A DNA stretch of 64,000 bases from an uncultured bacterium (GTDB taxonomy: Bacteria; Omnitrophota; Omnitrophia; Omnitrophales; Abzuiibacteriaceae), in NCBI GenBank assembly GCA_964387845.1, contig CAYLXA010000003.1, positions 128,001-192,000 of the forward strand. Direction: 5' to 3'. Below are positions 8,738-21,859 of this stretch, piece by piece. The notes beneath the pieces were generated by a model, which had not been told where the DNA came from, ran no database searches, and saw only the letters and a list, made by a program, of their open reading frames with translations. The number at the start of each line of letters is the position of its first letter. Position 1 is the stretch's first letter. The position numbers were made by a program, and so were the translations under genes.

Positions 8738-9448
8738 TTACTCTTTATAGGCTTTGCTGAGGCGGATTAAGCTTTCAAACATTCGAATACTATCAGCCAA
8801 TGGGCTTACTTTGCTCTGATGATAATTAACCCATGTGATTGGGATTTCTCGGACAACAAGTCTTGATTTGTGCGCAATCAAAAGTAGCTCAACGTCAAAA
8901 TTGAAGCCGCTTTCTTTGATCTTGGGAAAAACCGTTTGGGCAGCTTCTTTTCTAAATCCTTTAAACCCGCACTGAGTATCTTCGAAACGTAATGGGGTCA
9001 ATATTTTAACGAACAAATTAAACACTCTGCCCATTAATCTGCGATGGCAAGGCTGCGGAATTTTGATCTTTGAGCTACGCACATGCCTTGAACCGATTAA
9101 AATGTCGGATTTCTCCGACTCAAAAATTTCCACAAATTTGAGAATTTCGCGCGGCGGCGTCGACAAATCAGCATCAGTAAAAAAAATAAAATCGCCTTTT
9201 GCGCTTTCAACACCGCATTTGACCGCATAGCCTTTTCCATGATTAACGCGGTTATGAATAACCCGGAGAGCTTGAAATTGTTTGACAAGATTTTGCAATA
9301 TGGGATACGTTTCATCTTGGCTGCCGTCATCCACGACGATGATTTCGTGCGAATAGGGTAGCTTTCTGAGATACGAGGCCAGGCGAGCAATGGCTTTCTT
9401 AATTTGCCGGGCTTCGTTATAGGCAGGGACAATCACAGAAAGTTTCAA
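8738..9448 (-). CDS. Glycosyltransferase family 2 (polyprenol-phosphate glycosyltransferase-like)
   Basis: 236 aa; MKLSVIVPAYNE...IIVVDDGSQDET matches the GT2 DXD-containing N-terminus. Confidence 0.75.
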   Translation of the reverse strand: MKLSVIVPAYNEARQIKKAIARLASYLRKLPYSHEIIVVDDGSQDETYPILQNLVKQFQALRVIHNRVNHGKGYAVKCGVESAKGDFIFFTDADLSTPPREILKFVEIFESEKSDILIGSRHVRSSKIKIPQPCHRRLMGRVFNLFVKILTPLRFEDTQCGFKGFRKEAAQTVFPKIKESGFNFDVELLLIAHKSRLVVREIPITWVNYHQSKVSPLADSIRMFESLIRLSKAYKE

Positions 9449-9467
9449 AATGGCCTCTAAGAAAAAC

Positions 9468-9554
9468 CGGAGAGGGTAGGATTCGAACCCACGAGACCCG
9501 TAAGGGCCTAACGGTTTTCAAGACCGCCGCATTCGACCGCTCTGCCACCTCTCC
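9468..9554 (-). tRNA. tRNA-Ser(TGA)
   Basis: 87 nt type II tRNA; anticodon loop CTTGAAA, long variable arm, CCA not encoded. Confidence 0.85.
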
Positions 9555-9635
9555 AAGTATCAGTTGTAAGCTGTAAGTGCTAAGAATTCTTTTTTTGACT
9601 TACCACTTACAACTTATCGCTTAACACTAGAAGAA

Positions 9636-9728
9636 CGGAGAGGGGGGGATTTGAACCCCCGGTGGCACTTTTCAATGCCACAGCGGTTTAGCAAACCGCC
9701 GCACTAAACCGGGCTATGCGACCTCTCC
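9636..9728 (-). tRNA. tRNA-Ser(GCT)
   Basis: 93 nt type II tRNA; anticodon loop TTGCTAA, T-stem GGGGG/CCCCC, CCA not encoded. Confidence 0.85.
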
Positions 9729-9810
9729 ACATATCAGTCGTAAGTTATAAGTGTTAAGTGATAAGAAACACCTATTTCTTGGCTTACCACTTACAACTTA
9801 TCACTTACCA

Positions 9811-11067
9811 CTAAGCTAAGTACTGATCTAAAACTTTTGGCAGTTTGATGCTGCCATCTGCTTGCTGACAATTCTCGAGTAAACATAGAAACGTTCTCGC
9901 AAGCGCAACGCCGGAACCATTCAGCGTATGGACAAACTTGGGTTTTCCGCCGTCTGCCGGCTTATATTTCACATTGATCCGCCGCGCCTGAAAATCAAAA
10001 AACGTGCTGCAGCTGGATACTTCAAACCATCTTCCGGTTCCCGGCGCCCATGCTTCGATATCATAACATTTTGCCGCTGCAAAACTCATGTCGCCGCTTG
10101 AAAGCAGCAAAACTCTGTAAGGAATCTCGAGAAGCTGCAAAATTTCCTCGGCATCTTTCACCAATTTTTCAAGTTCATTGAGCGACTCTTCCGGCTTTAC
10201 AAATTTTACCAGCTCAACTTTATCAAATTGATGAACACGCGAAAGCCCTTTTGTATCTTTCCCGTAAGAGCCGGCTTCCCTTCTAAAACATGGTGTGTAG
10301 GCCACATATTTCACGGGTAAATCTTTTTCGCCAAGCACATCATCCCGGTGCATATTGGTCACCGGAACTTCCGCCGTCGGGATCAAAAACAAATCATCAT
10401 CTTTGAGCCGGTACATGTCTTCTTCAAATTTTGGAAGCTGGCCTGTGCCGGTCATGCTTGCACGGTTGACCAAAAGCGGCGGCCAAACCTGTTTGTAACC
10501 ATGCTTTTTGGCATGAAGATCGACCATTAAATTAATGAGCGCCCGCTCGAGCTTGGCGCCATCACCTTTAAAAATAGGAAAAGCACTGCCTGAAATTTTG
10601 GCGCCTGTTTCCATGGATAGCCAGCCAAGCGCATTGGCCAGAGCAACGTGGTCCTTGGTTTTAAAGGAGAATTCGGTCTTTTTACCCCATTCCCGCACAA
10701 CCTGATTAGCTGAAGCGTCTTTCCCGATAGGCACGCTATCATCTATAATATTTGGGATATTAAGTATTAATTTATCAATATGTAATTCTATATGCCCCAC
10801 TTTTGAGTCAATTTCAGCTATTTTTTGGGATAATGTCTTTCCTTCTTCTATTTGCTTAGAAATGTCCTTTTTGTCGTGTTTAAGACGGCTTACTTGATCG
10901 TTTAATTCGTTCCGTTTGGCCTTAAAAACATCGGTTTCCTGGATCAATTTACGCTTTTCGGCATCTAAAGCGACGATTTCATCAATGGTTTTTGGGTCGA
11001 CACGCTTTGCGGACAGTTTTTTCTTGTACAAATCTGGGTTTTCGCGAATGAGTTTAAGGTCAAGCAT
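9811..11067 (-). CDS. serS: Seryl-tRNA synthetase
   Basis: 418 aa; N-terminal coiled-coil arm and class II aaRS core (MLDLKLIRENPDLY..., FRREAGS... motifs). Confidence 0.9.
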   Translation of the reverse strand: MLDLKLIRENPDLYKKKLSAKRVDPKTIDEIVALDAEKRKLIQETDVFKAKRNELNDQVSRLKHDKKDISKQIEEGKTLSQKIAEIDSKVGHIELHIDKLILNIPNIIDDSVPIGKDASANQVVREWGKKTEFSFKTKDHVALANALGWLSMETGAKISGSAFPIFKGDGAKLERALINLMVDLHAKKHGYKQVWPPLLVNRASMTGTGQLPKFEEDMYRLKDDDLFLIPTAEVPVTNMHRDDVLGEKDLPVKYVAYTPCFRREAGSYGKDTKGLSRVHQFDKVELVKFVKPEESLNELEKLVKDAEEILQLLEIPYRVLLLSSGDMSFAAAKCYDIEAWAPGTGRWFEVSSCSTFFDFQARRINVKYKPADGGKPKFVHTLNGSGVALARTFLCLLENCQQADGSIKLPKVLDQYLA

Positions 11068-11112
11068 AGTATTCTCCTAAGTTCCAGAGAGAGGTCATTT
11101 TACTCTCCCTGT

Positions 11113-13638
11113 TTAGGATTTACTACTACTTGATTTGGGTGTTTTTTTTGCGGGGGCTTCGTCTGCAACAGAATCTTCCGCTTCTTTGGAAACCACTCGA
11201 GTTGCGGAAGCTACATGGTCTTTATCTTTTAATTTAATCAGGCGGACGCCCTGGGTGTTGCGGCCGCAGGTGCGGATTTGTTCGCCGGGGCAACGGACAA
11301 CCATTCCGGATGATGTGGCTAAAATAACTTCGTCTTCATCCTGTACGGTCAACACGTTGACGATGTGGCCGTTCTTGTCCGTCACTTTTGTGTTGATGAT
11401 GCCCTTCCCGCCGCGGGATTGCAGCCGGTATTCTTTGTACAGCGTCTTTTTACCGAATCCTTTGCTTGTAACCGTCAGCGCCGTGTCTTTTTCGCTGACG
11501 ATTTCGACTGCGACTACTTCGTCTTTTTTCTCGAGACGGATGCCGCGAACACCCGAAGCCGTGCGGCCCATCTCGCGCGCGTCTTTCTCATTAAAACGGA
11601 TGGCTTTGCCCAATTTGGTCGCGATGAAAATTTCGTTTTTGCCATCCGTGATCTTGCAGCCGATAAGTTCATCTTTGTCGCGAAGCTTGATAGCCTGAAT
11701 ACCGGTTGTTCTGGGGTGTGAATAGGCCTCGAGATTGGTTTTCTTGATCGTTCCATCTTTTGTGACCATCACCAAGAAATTTTTATCGCTATATTCTTTC
11801 ACCTGAATAAAACTCGATACGGTTTCCCCTTGCCCGAGCGCGAGCAAATTGACAATGGCCTTGCCGCGCGCCTGCCTGGAGCCTTGCGGAATTTCGTAAG
11901 CTTTCCGCCAATAACACCGGCCTTTGTTTGTAAAAAACATGATGTGATCGTGCGTCGATGCTAAAAACAAATGCTCGATAAAATCTGTATCTTCATCGCC
12001 GACACCGCCGCCCGTTACGCCGCGGCCTCCGCGCTTTTGAAGCCGGTACATGCTGACCGGAATCCGCTTGATATAACCCTGATGCGAAATGGAGATCAAA
12101 ACATCCTCTTCGGCAATCAAATCTTCGATGTCAATATCGGTTTCCGCTGCAACGATTTGTGTGCGCCGTTCGTCGCCGTATTTCTTCGAGATTTCCTGAG
12201 ATTCTTCTTTAACAATCGCAAGGATTTTTTGCCGGCTCTTTAAAAGCGATTTGTAGTATTCGATTCTTTTGAGGAGCTCTAGATATTCTTCCTCGATTTT
12301 ATCCCGCTCAAGTGCCGTCAAGCGCTGAAGCTGCATTTCGAGAATGGCTTTTGCCTGGATTTCCGAGAGTTTGAAATTTTTAACGAGCGCTTCTTTTGCG
12401 ATCTCCGGATTTTTGGATGCGCGGATGGTTTTGATGACCTTGTCGAGATTGGCAATTGCGATTTTTAAGCCTTCCAAAATATGCGCGCGCTTCTCGGCCT
12501 TATCGAGCTCGAATTTGGTCCTTCGTGTAATGACTTCCGCACGGAACTGAATAAAATATTCGAGCATCTGCTTGATATTGAGCACGCGCGGCTGGCCATC
12601 GACCAGCGCAAGCATGATCACGCCGAATGTTTCCTGCATCTGTGTATGTTTGAAGAGTTGATTCAGAATAATGTTGGCGTTTGCATCGCGTTTTAATTCG
12701 ACTACAACCCGCATGCCATCGCGGTCGGATTCGTCGCGGATGTTGGAAATGCCTTCGACTTTTTTGTTCTCGACAAGCCTCACGATTGATTCGATGAGGT
12801 TTGTTTTGTTAACCTGATAAGGAATTTCGGTGATGATAATCGCGTCTTTCTTGCCTTTTGTTTCCGAAGTCTCGATTAACGCTTTTGCGCGCACCACGAT
12901 GCGGCCGCGGCCGGTTTCCTGGTAATTTTTGATGCCGTCTTTCCCGCAAATAATTCCGGCGGTCGGAAAATCAGGGCCTTTGATTAATTTGGAAATGTCT
13001 TTGATCGAAATGGTTGGATCGTCAATCACGGCACAAATGCCGTCGACGATTTCTTTCAAATTGTGCGGCGGAATGTTGGTTGCCATGCCGACTGCAATGC
13101 CGCTTGAACCATTTACCAAACAATTTGGAATGCGCGTCGGTAAAATCGAAGGTTCTTCAAGCGATTCGTCGAAATTAGGAACAAATTCGACCGTATCTTT
13201 ATCAATGTCACCCAGAAATTCGCTTGAAATCGCAGAAAGCCGGGCTTCCGTATAACGCATCGCTGCTGCGTTGTCGCCGTCGACCGAGCCGAAGTTCCCC
13301 TGGCCGTCAACGAGCGGATAACGAAGCGAAAAATCTTGGACCATGCGGACGAGCGTGTCATAAACTGCTGTGTCGCCGTGCGGGTGGTATTTTCCGAGCA
13401 CTTCTCCGACGATACGCGCGGATTTCTTGTAGGGTTTGTTGTGCGGAAGGCCGAGTTCGTTCATTGCGTGAAGAATGCGGCGATGCACGGGTTTTAAGCC
13501 GTCACGAACGTCCGGCAATGCGCGGCCGACGATGACGCTCATTGCGTAGTCAATATAACTACGCTCCATCTCGTCTTCGATCGGAATCGGAATAATTTTT
13601 TCGTTCATTGCATATATATTTTGCTCATCAGCGGCCAT
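11113..13638 (-). CDS. gyrA: DNA gyrase subunit A
   Basis: 841 aa; N-terminus [42 protein letters not shown] and C-terminal beta-pinwheel repeats. Confidence 0.95.
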   Translation of the reverse strand: MAADEQNIYAMNEKIIPIPIEDEMERSYIDYAMSVIVGRALPDVRDGLKPVHRRILHAMNELGLPHNKPYKKSARIVGEVLGKYHPHGDTAVYDTLVRMVQDFSLRYPLVDGQGNFGSVDGDNAAAMRYTEARLSAISSEFLGDIDKDTVEFVPNFDESLEEPSILPTRIPNCLVNGSSGIAVGMATNIPPHNLKEIVDGICAVIDDPTISIKDISKLIKGPDFPTAGIICGKDGIKNYQETGRGRIVVRAKALIETSETKGKKDAIIITEIPYQVNKTNLIESIVRLVENKKVEGISNIRDESDRDGMRVVVELKRDANANIILNQLFKHTQMQETFGVIMLALVDGQPRVLNIKQMLEYFIQFRAEVITRRTKFELDKAEKRAHILEGLKIAIANLDKVIKTIRASKNPEIAKEALVKNFKLSEIQAKAILEMQLQRLTALERDKIEEEYLELLKRIEYYKSLLKSRQKILAIVKEESQEISKKYGDERRTQIVAAETDIDIEDLIAEEDVLISISHQGYIKRIPVSMYRLQKRGGRGVTGGGVGDEDTDFIEHLFLASTHDHIMFFTNKGRCYWRKAYEIPQGSRQARGKAIVNLLALGQGETVSSFIQVKEYSDKNFLVMVTKDGTIKKTNLEAYSHPRTTGIQAIKLRDKDELIGCKITDGKNEIFIATKLGKAIRFNEKDAREMGRTASGVRGIRLEKKDEVVAVEIVSEKDTALTVTSKGFGKKTLYKEYRLQSRGGKGIINTKVTDKNGHIVNVLTVQDEDEVILATSSGMVVRCPGEQIRTCGRNTQGVRLIKLKDKDHVASATRVVSKEAEDSVADEAPAKKTPKSSSSKS

Positions 13639-13656
13639 GTTTGCTTTGTTCCTTTA

Positions 13657-16203
<2,547 letters not shown>

Positions 16204-16512
16204 TTACAAATCGCTTACACAAAACCATATTTTTTTAATTCTTTCTTCGCCGAACTCGTTTTGGAGACGTTTTAAAATCGCGGGGCCGTAATTCTGGCTT
16301 AATTCGAACGACAGCGCCGAACTCTCCGTATAAACCTTCACGCCGCCTTGATTTAATGAAGGCTTTGTTTTTGCTGCAATTCTTTCTCCGACAATCTTGG
16401 GCCAACACTCGGCCAAACGCGTATTTTCTTTTTTGGGTTCTTCCGTAAACCCGGCAAATATTCTTTTGATCGCCGCCGCGAGCGGCTTTGTTTCTTGTAG
16501 CGCTGTGTTCAT
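16204..16512 (-). CDS. DUF721-family protein (the small gene usually found between recF and gyrB)
   Basis: 102 aa; ...CWPKIVGERIAAKTKP...VKVYTESSALSFELS... matches the DUF721 pattern. Confidence 0.6.
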   Translation of the reverse strand: MNTALQETKPLAAAIKRIFAGFTEEPKKENTRLAECWPKIVGERIAAKTKPSLNQGGVKVYTESSALSFELSQNYGPAILKRLQNEFGEERIKKIWFCVSDL

Positions 16513-17610
16513 TTAGGCAATCTGCATCGGCATGATGACGTACATGTAATTGTCTTTACCGCGAATCAGGCCCGGTTTATCCGATTTCGACATCGAAATT
16601 TTTACTTCGCCTTCTTCCATGATTTTTAATACATCGATTAAATAGTGCGGGTTAAATCCGATGCTGATCGAGTCGCCATTCACGGAAGCATCCAATTCCT
16701 CTTTCACTTCGCCCAGATTTGCCGAATGAGCCGATACCAGCACTTTCCCGTTCATAAAATCAAGTTTCACGGCTTGTGCATCTTGTGAGGTAAAAAGAGA
16801 TGCGCGCTTAACGGCTGAGAGAAATGTTTGGCGGTCGACAGAACCGATTGTGCTTTCTTCTTTTGGGATCACTTGTTCGTAGTTTGGGAAGCGTCCTTCT
16901 ATTAATCTTGTAATCACGTAGGTGTTGTCGAGATGAAATAAAACTTGGTTTTGCAACTCAGCAATTTTTAAAACACCGTCCGGTTTCAAGATTTTCCCAA
17001 GCTCATGAACCGCTTTCACAGGCACAATCACTTCTAGTGATTTTTTAACAGGCTTGCTTAATTCTTTTTCAACATAAGCCAGCCGCCTGCCGTCGGTCGC
17101 GATAAATCTGATTTTTTTATCGCTCGCTTTAATCAAAACACCGTTCAGCACATAACGAGCTTCATCATGAGAAATAGCAAATGATGTGAGCGATAAACAC
17201 TCTTTGACGATATTTTGATCAATTTCGATCGCGTCATTGAGGTTAAATTCGGGAAGTTTCGGAAAATCTTCCCGCCCTAATCCCATCAACTTACAATATG
17301 TTTTTCCTGTTTTGATATTTACGGCATTGTTCTTATTAACTGTAACCAAAACCTCTCCGGACGGAAGCTCGCGAATCACATCCAGGAACTTACGTGCCGG
17401 CACCGTAATACTACCTTCCGTTATGTTGCGCGATTTCACTTTTGTGCACAGCCCGATTTCTAAATCAGTGCTTGTGAATTGAACCGTATCTTTCCCCACG
17501 GTTTCCACCAAAATATTTCCCAAAATCGGCAATGTCGCACGCGGATTTACACCACCCACTGTGATGCTGAGAGCATTATTAAGATCTTCTTTGTTGATGT
17601 TGAATTCCAT
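16513..17610 (-). CDS. dnaN: DNA polymerase III beta sliding clamp
   Basis: 365 aa; three-domain clamp, MEFNINKEDLNNALS... Confidence 0.9.
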   Translation of the reverse strand: MEFNINKEDLNNALSITVGGVNPRATLPILGNILVETVGKDTVQFTSTDLEIGLCTKVKSRNITEGSITVPARKFLDVIRELPSGEVLVTVNKNNAVNIKTGKTYCKLMGLGREDFPKLPEFNLNDAIEIDQNIVKECLSLTSFAISHDEARYVLNGVLIKASDKKIRFIATDGRRLAYVEKELSKPVKKSLEVIVPVKAVHELGKILKPDGVLKIAELQNQVLFHLDNTYVITRLIEGRFPNYEQVIPKEESTIGSVDRQTFLSAVKRASLFTSQDAQAVKLDFMNGKVLVSAHSANLGEVKEELDASVNGDSISIGFNPHYLIDVLKIMEEGEVKISMSKSDKPGLIRGKDNYMYVIMPMQIA

Positions 17611-17779
17611 GTTTTGCTCCTCTTATACTCTTTTAAATATTAAAAACAGAAGAAAAAGTAGTAGGTGTTCAAAATTATGTTGATAACTATCGTATCCTAT
17701 TTAAAATAAACATCTTACAAATACATAAAGTTGTGAACAACTTAGACATAAACCGCCAAACTCTTATGACAAATGTTAA

Positions 17780-19141
17780 TTATTTTCTGATCGCTGCCAA
17801 GAGCTGATCAACTGCCCGTTTTGTTTCAAAATCATGCTTAACCCTGTTTTTGATCTTATTGATGGCGTGAATGACAGTAGCGTGGCCCCGGCCGCCAAAA
17901 AAATCACCGATTTCGGGCAATGACTTAACTGTAAGCTCACGAACCAGATACATCGCAACTTGCCTAGGGAAAACCACCGATTTAGAGCGCCGTTTTGCGC
18001 GCAAATCAGAAACTTTGATTCCGAAATAATCACAAACACAGCGCTGAATGTGTTCGATTGTGATTTTGCTTTCTTCCTCCCGGAAAGAGTCTTTTAAAAC
18101 ATTCTGTGCCGAGTGAATATCGACCGGGATACCGGTTAAGGACGCATACGCAATGACCCTGACAAGCGCACCCTCAAGTTCGCGGATGTTAGACCGGATT
18201 TTATCAGCGATAAAAAACAACACCTCGTTTGATACCGAAACTTTTTGCCGATCGACAATCTTTTTTAAGATGGCAACGCGCGTCTCCAGCTCGGGCGGCT
18301 GGATGTCGGCAACCAGCCCCCAGCCAAATCTCGAAACAAGGCGCTCTTCAAGCCCTGGGATATCTTTGGGCGGCCGGTCGCTTGTGACAACGATTTGTTT
18401 ATGTGCATCGTAGAGCGTATTGAATGTATGGAAAAATTCTTCCTGTGTTGATTCCTTGCCCGCAATGAAGTGAATGTCATCGATCAGCAGCAAATCCGCC
18501 GTTCTGTATCTTTCTCTAAATGCCGCTGTGGTACGGGTTTGTATTGCAGAAATGAGTTGATTTGTGAATTGTTCGCTTGAAATATAAACTACTTTCGAAG
18601 AAGGGTTTTTTGCCATCACTGTTTGGGCAATAGATTGGAGCAAGTGTGTTTTTCCAAGCCCAACACTTCCGTAAATGAACAGCGGGTTGTATTGCTTTGC
18701 CGGGTCTTCAGCGACTGCGAGCGCGGCTGCGTGCGCAAAACGGTTCCCGGGGCCGATTACAAAATCATCAAAAGTATATTTCCGGTTAAGATCAATATCA
18801 GATGGTCTTTTCTTCGTTCCGCTGGGCCGGTCCGGCGTCGGCGCAACCGTTGTTTCAAATTGCGGCTGCTCAACCACGACATAGTGTATTTCCGGCCGAG
18901 CGCCAATCATCTCAGCCGCGGCACTTTTCATAATGTCTTCATAATGTTCATGCAGCCATTCACCATAAAACTGATCCGGAACTGATAAAACCAAAGCCTC
19001 CGTCCCTATGGATTTGCAAGCGACGGGTTTTATCCATGTGTTAAAGCTCTGCTCGCTTAACTCTTTTCTTATTCCTGAGAGGATCTTTTGCCAGATATTA
19101 TTGGCATCAGAAAGAGTTTCTTGAGGGGTCTTATTTTCCAT
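17780..19141 (-). CDS. dnaA: Chromosomal replication initiator DnaA
   Basis: 453 aa; AAA+ Walker A GSVGLGKTHLLQ and C-terminal DnaA-box binding domain. Confidence 0.95.
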   Translation of the reverse strand: MENKTPQETLSDANNIWQKILSGIRKELSEQSFNTWIKPVACKSIGTEALVLSVPDQFYGEWLHEHYEDIMKSAAAEMIGARPEIHYVVVEQPQFETTVAPTPDRPSGTKKRPSDIDLNRKYTFDDFVIGPGNRFAHAAALAVAEDPAKQYNPLFIYGSVGLGKTHLLQSIAQTVMAKNPSSKVVYISSEQFTNQLISAIQTRTTAAFRERYRTADLLLIDDIHFIAGKESTQEEFFHTFNTLYDAHKQIVVTSDRPPKDIPGLEERLVSRFGWGLVADIQPPELETRVAILKKIVDRQKVSVSNEVLFFIADKIRSNIRELEGALVRVIAYASLTGIPVDIHSAQNVLKDSFREEESKITIEHIQRCVCDYFGIKVSDLRAKRRSKSVVFPRQVAMYLVRELTVKSLPEIGDFFGGRGHATVIHAINKIKNRVKHDFETKRAVDQLLAAIRK

Positions 19142-19390
19142 AAATCATTTATTTAAAATAACTTACGAGTATATCAGGAGAGGCATTCACAAGTAACAAA
19201 AGTTATTAACAATTATCAACAATAATTAACAAGTTATAAACAGAATAGAAACAACCGTTATTATCCTCAGAATTCTGAGCAAATCAAGCCAAAAACACCA
19301 AATTTAAAGAGCCGTATTTTAGCCACGAAAAAATGAAAAGTCTATTTTTATTTTGGCCCCATCGGGCGAGTTCTGTTATAATGCGCGGCT
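19142..19390. promoter_or_regulatory. Putative oriC / DnaA-box cluster in the dnaA-rpmH divergent intergenic region
   Basis: AT-rich 249 bp with four same-orientation DnaA-box-like 9-mers: TTATTAACA 19203-11, TTATCAACA 19213-21, TTATAAACA 19234-42, TTATCCTCA 19261-69. Confidence 0.55.
19353..19382 (+). promoter_or_regulatory. Sigma70-like promoter for rpmH (TTGGCC-n18-TATAAT)
   Basis: -35 at 19353-58 and -10 TATAAT at 19377-82, 8 nt upstream of the rpmH ATG. Confidence 0.45.
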
Positions 19391-19528
19391 ATGAATCCAA
19401 CATATAATCCATCAAAAAGAAAACGCAAGCGAAAACACGGTTTTTTGAAGCGGTCGAAAACTTCCAAAGGTCGTCAGGTTTTACAGCGCCGTAGACGCAA
19501 GGGCCGGAAGCGTTTAACGACTGTTTAA
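19391..19528 (+). CDS. rpmH: 50S ribosomal protein L34
   Basis: 45 aa, [45 protein letters not shown]. Below the ORF-track size cut-off, found by manual translation. Confidence 0.9.
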   Translation: MNPTYNPSKRKRKRKHGFLKRSKTSKGRQVLQRRRRKGRKRLTTV

Positions 19529-19572
19529 TAAAAGCAGCCAAGCTGTTCATCCTTTCCGCTATTTCAATTTGA

Positions 19573-19923
19573 ATGCGCCAGTCTTTTTCTAAACAGGAAA
19601 AACTTTCTCGGGCTTCGGATATTCGCCGCGTGCTCCGGTCGCATCAAAGCGCAAGAGGCGGCGGTTTTTCCGTTCAGTGGCGGAGGGCGGACGCGGCACA
19701 GGATCATTCGCGCTTCGGCGTTTTGGTTTCGGCGAAATCAATCAAAGGCGCCGCGAAACGAAACCGAATGAAGCGGCTTGTGCGTGAATTTTTCAGGTTG
19801 AACAAACAGAATTTTCGCTTTAAAGGCGATTTTGTAATTCGCGTGAATGATTATAAGCATTTGAAATATAAAGAGTTAGAGCAAATTTTAAAACCAGTTT
19901 TAACACGCGTAGGTTTGTTTTAA
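19573..19923 (+). CDS. rnpA: Ribonuclease P protein component
   Basis: 116 aa basic protein at the conserved position after rpmH. Confidence 0.85.
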   Translation: MRQSFSKQEKLSRASDIRRVLRSHQSARGGGFSVQWRRADAAQDHSRFGVLVSAKSIKGAAKRNRMKRLVREFFRLNKQNFRFKGDFVIRVNDYKHLKYKELEQILKPVLTRVGLF

Positions 19924-20132
19924 TGAAAACAATATTGTTGATCGTTATAGGCTTTTATCAAAAATGGATTTCGCCTTTACTCGGCAATCATTGCCGGTTT
20001 GCACCGAGCTGTTCAGAGTATGCGAAATCGGCGATCGAGCAAAAAGGGATTTTAAAAGGAACCGGCCTCGCTGTTGTGAGAATTTCAAAATGTCATCCGC
20101 TGCACGAAGGCGGCTATGACCCTGTGGTGTAA
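19923..20132 (+). CDS. yidD: Membrane protein insertion efficiency factor YidD
   Basis: 69 aa; conserved ...[11 protein letters not shown]...[11 protein letters not shown]. Confidence 0.85.
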   Translation: MKTILLIVIGFYQKWISPLLGNHCRFAPSCSEYAKSAIEQKGILKGTGLAVVRISKCHPLHEGGYDPVV

Positions 20133-20135
20133 ATA

Positions 20136-21749
20136 ATGAGTACGGAAAAACGACTTTTACTTGCGACCGCACTTTCGTTCTTGGTGCTGATGGTTTTTTA
20201 TCCCTGGATGACCAAAAAGCAAACAAGCCAAACACCGCCGCCCGCCGCAGAAACTGTCGAAAACAAAGCTTCCGAGCCGGTACCTGCCGTGGTGAAGGAA
20301 GCAACTGCGCAGAAAGATATTCCGGTCATTGAGCCCGCTGAATTTTATGAACTCACAAACGATATTTATTCCATTAAATTTTCAAACGTAGGTGCAGGAA
20401 TTTCGGAGCTTCTTATTAAACAATGGGGCAAGAAAAAAATCGGACGCACAGAACTGATTCAGCCGGCTGATCCGGTCCCCGCTTTTGCGGTGAGCGTTCT
20501 CAACGATCCCAACATGTCCGGCCTTGCACATTACCGGATGGAACACATCGACCATCAAGCCAAAATCATCAGTTTTGTGCACGATTCTTCGAATGATTTG
20601 CGGATCCGGAAGAAATATCAGCTTTTTGAGGATAAATCCGCTTTTTATTTAACCATTCAAGTCGACAACTTGAGCAGCCAAACCAGACAAGTGCCTCTCC
20701 AAATCCGGAACCAGATCTTTTTTGGAAAACTGCATGACGCAATGGACCGCGACCAAATCGAATCTTTCGTAATTCCCAAAGCCGGAAAAGTTCAGGTTAA
20801 AAAGGAAGGCAAAATCGTTAAAAATCCGTTTCTGGTTGAGGACCGGATTGACTGGCAGGCGCTCACCATTAAATATTTTTCTGTCATCGTGAAGCCCGAA
20901 ACGCTTGTGGCAGAGCGTGCCAAAACAACCGTTTCCGCAAACGGCGAATCGCTGGTTTCAACCCTTGATTTTCCCGCCGAAACACTGGCGCCCGGCGCGC
21001 AATTTGAAACCAAGTTTTTAATTTATGCCGGGCCGGAATATCGGGAAGATTTAAAATCTTTCGGATACGGATTTGAACAAACATTAACGCAAGGTGTTTT
21101 CGGCGCGTTTCGGTATTATTTGTTCGTTCTGCTGATGTATTGCCATCAACTCACGGGCAACTTTGGTTTTGCCATTATTGTGCTTACGATTTTGGTGAAA
21201 GTACTGTTCAGCCCCTTTACACACATGAGTTTTGAATCGATGCGAAAGATGCAGGCGGTCCAACCGAAAATCAAAGCGCTTCAGGAGCAATTCAAAAAAG
21301 ATCCGCAGCGCATGAACAAGGAAATGATGGAGCTTTACCGCCGTCATAAAGTCAATCCGATGGGCGGCTGCCTGCCGATGGTTTTGCAAATTCCTATTTT
21401 CATCGGTTTTTATCAAGTACTCGGGCAAATGGTGGAACTCAAGGGCGAATCCATTTGGTGGGTCAAGGATCTGACACTGCCCGATCAATTGGCCAAGATT
21501 TCCGGCTTCGAATTCAATCTGCTTCCGATTTTGATGGTAGGGTCCATGTGGTGGCAGCAAAAAATGACGCCACAGCCTGCAACATCCACCGACCAGGCAA
21601 AAATCATGCAATGGATGCCGGTCATCATGGGCTTTTTCTTTTACGGGTTGCCCTCAGGGCTTGTGTTGTACTGGACTTTGAGCAATTTGCTCACGGTTGC
21701 GCATCAAATTTTAATTCACCACCGCGCAAAACCAATCGCAATCGATTAG
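20136..21749 (+). CDS. yidC: Membrane protein insertase YidC
   Basis: 537 aa; N-terminal TM, large periplasmic domain and C-terminal 5-TM Oxa1 core. Confidence 0.9.
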   Translation: MSTEKRLLLATALSFLVLMVFYPWMTKKQTSQTPPPAAETVENKASEPVPAVVKEATAQKDIPVIEPAEFYELTNDIYSIKFSNVGAGISELLIKQWGKKKIGRTELIQPADPVPAFAVSVLNDPNMSGLAHYRMEHIDHQAKIISFVHDSSNDLRIRKKYQLFEDKSAFYLTIQVDNLSSQTRQVPLQIRNQIFFGKLHDAMDRDQIESFVIPKAGKVQVKKEGKIVKNPFLVEDRIDWQALTIKYFSVIVKPETLVAERAKTTVSANGESLVSTLDFPAETLAPGAQFETKFLIYAGPEYREDLKSFGYGFEQTLTQGVFGAFRYYLFVLLMYCHQLTGNFGFAIIVLTILVKVLFSPFTHMSFESMRKMQAVQPKIKALQEQFKKDPQRMNKEMMELYRRHKVNPMGGCLPMVLQIPIFIGFYQVLGQMVELKGESIWWVKDLTLPDQLAKISGFEFNLLPILMVGSMWWQQKMTPQPATSTDQAKIMQWMPVIMGFFFYGLPSGLVLYWTLSNLLTVAHQILIHHRAKPIAID

Positions 21750-21859
21750 TTGATATTTTCATTCCGTTTATATTTTGTTGATAAGTTTATCTTTCTAGTC
21801 ATAAGTTATTTTTAATAAATGACTTATGATGTATTAAAAATCCACTCAGGCTGTTCAAA

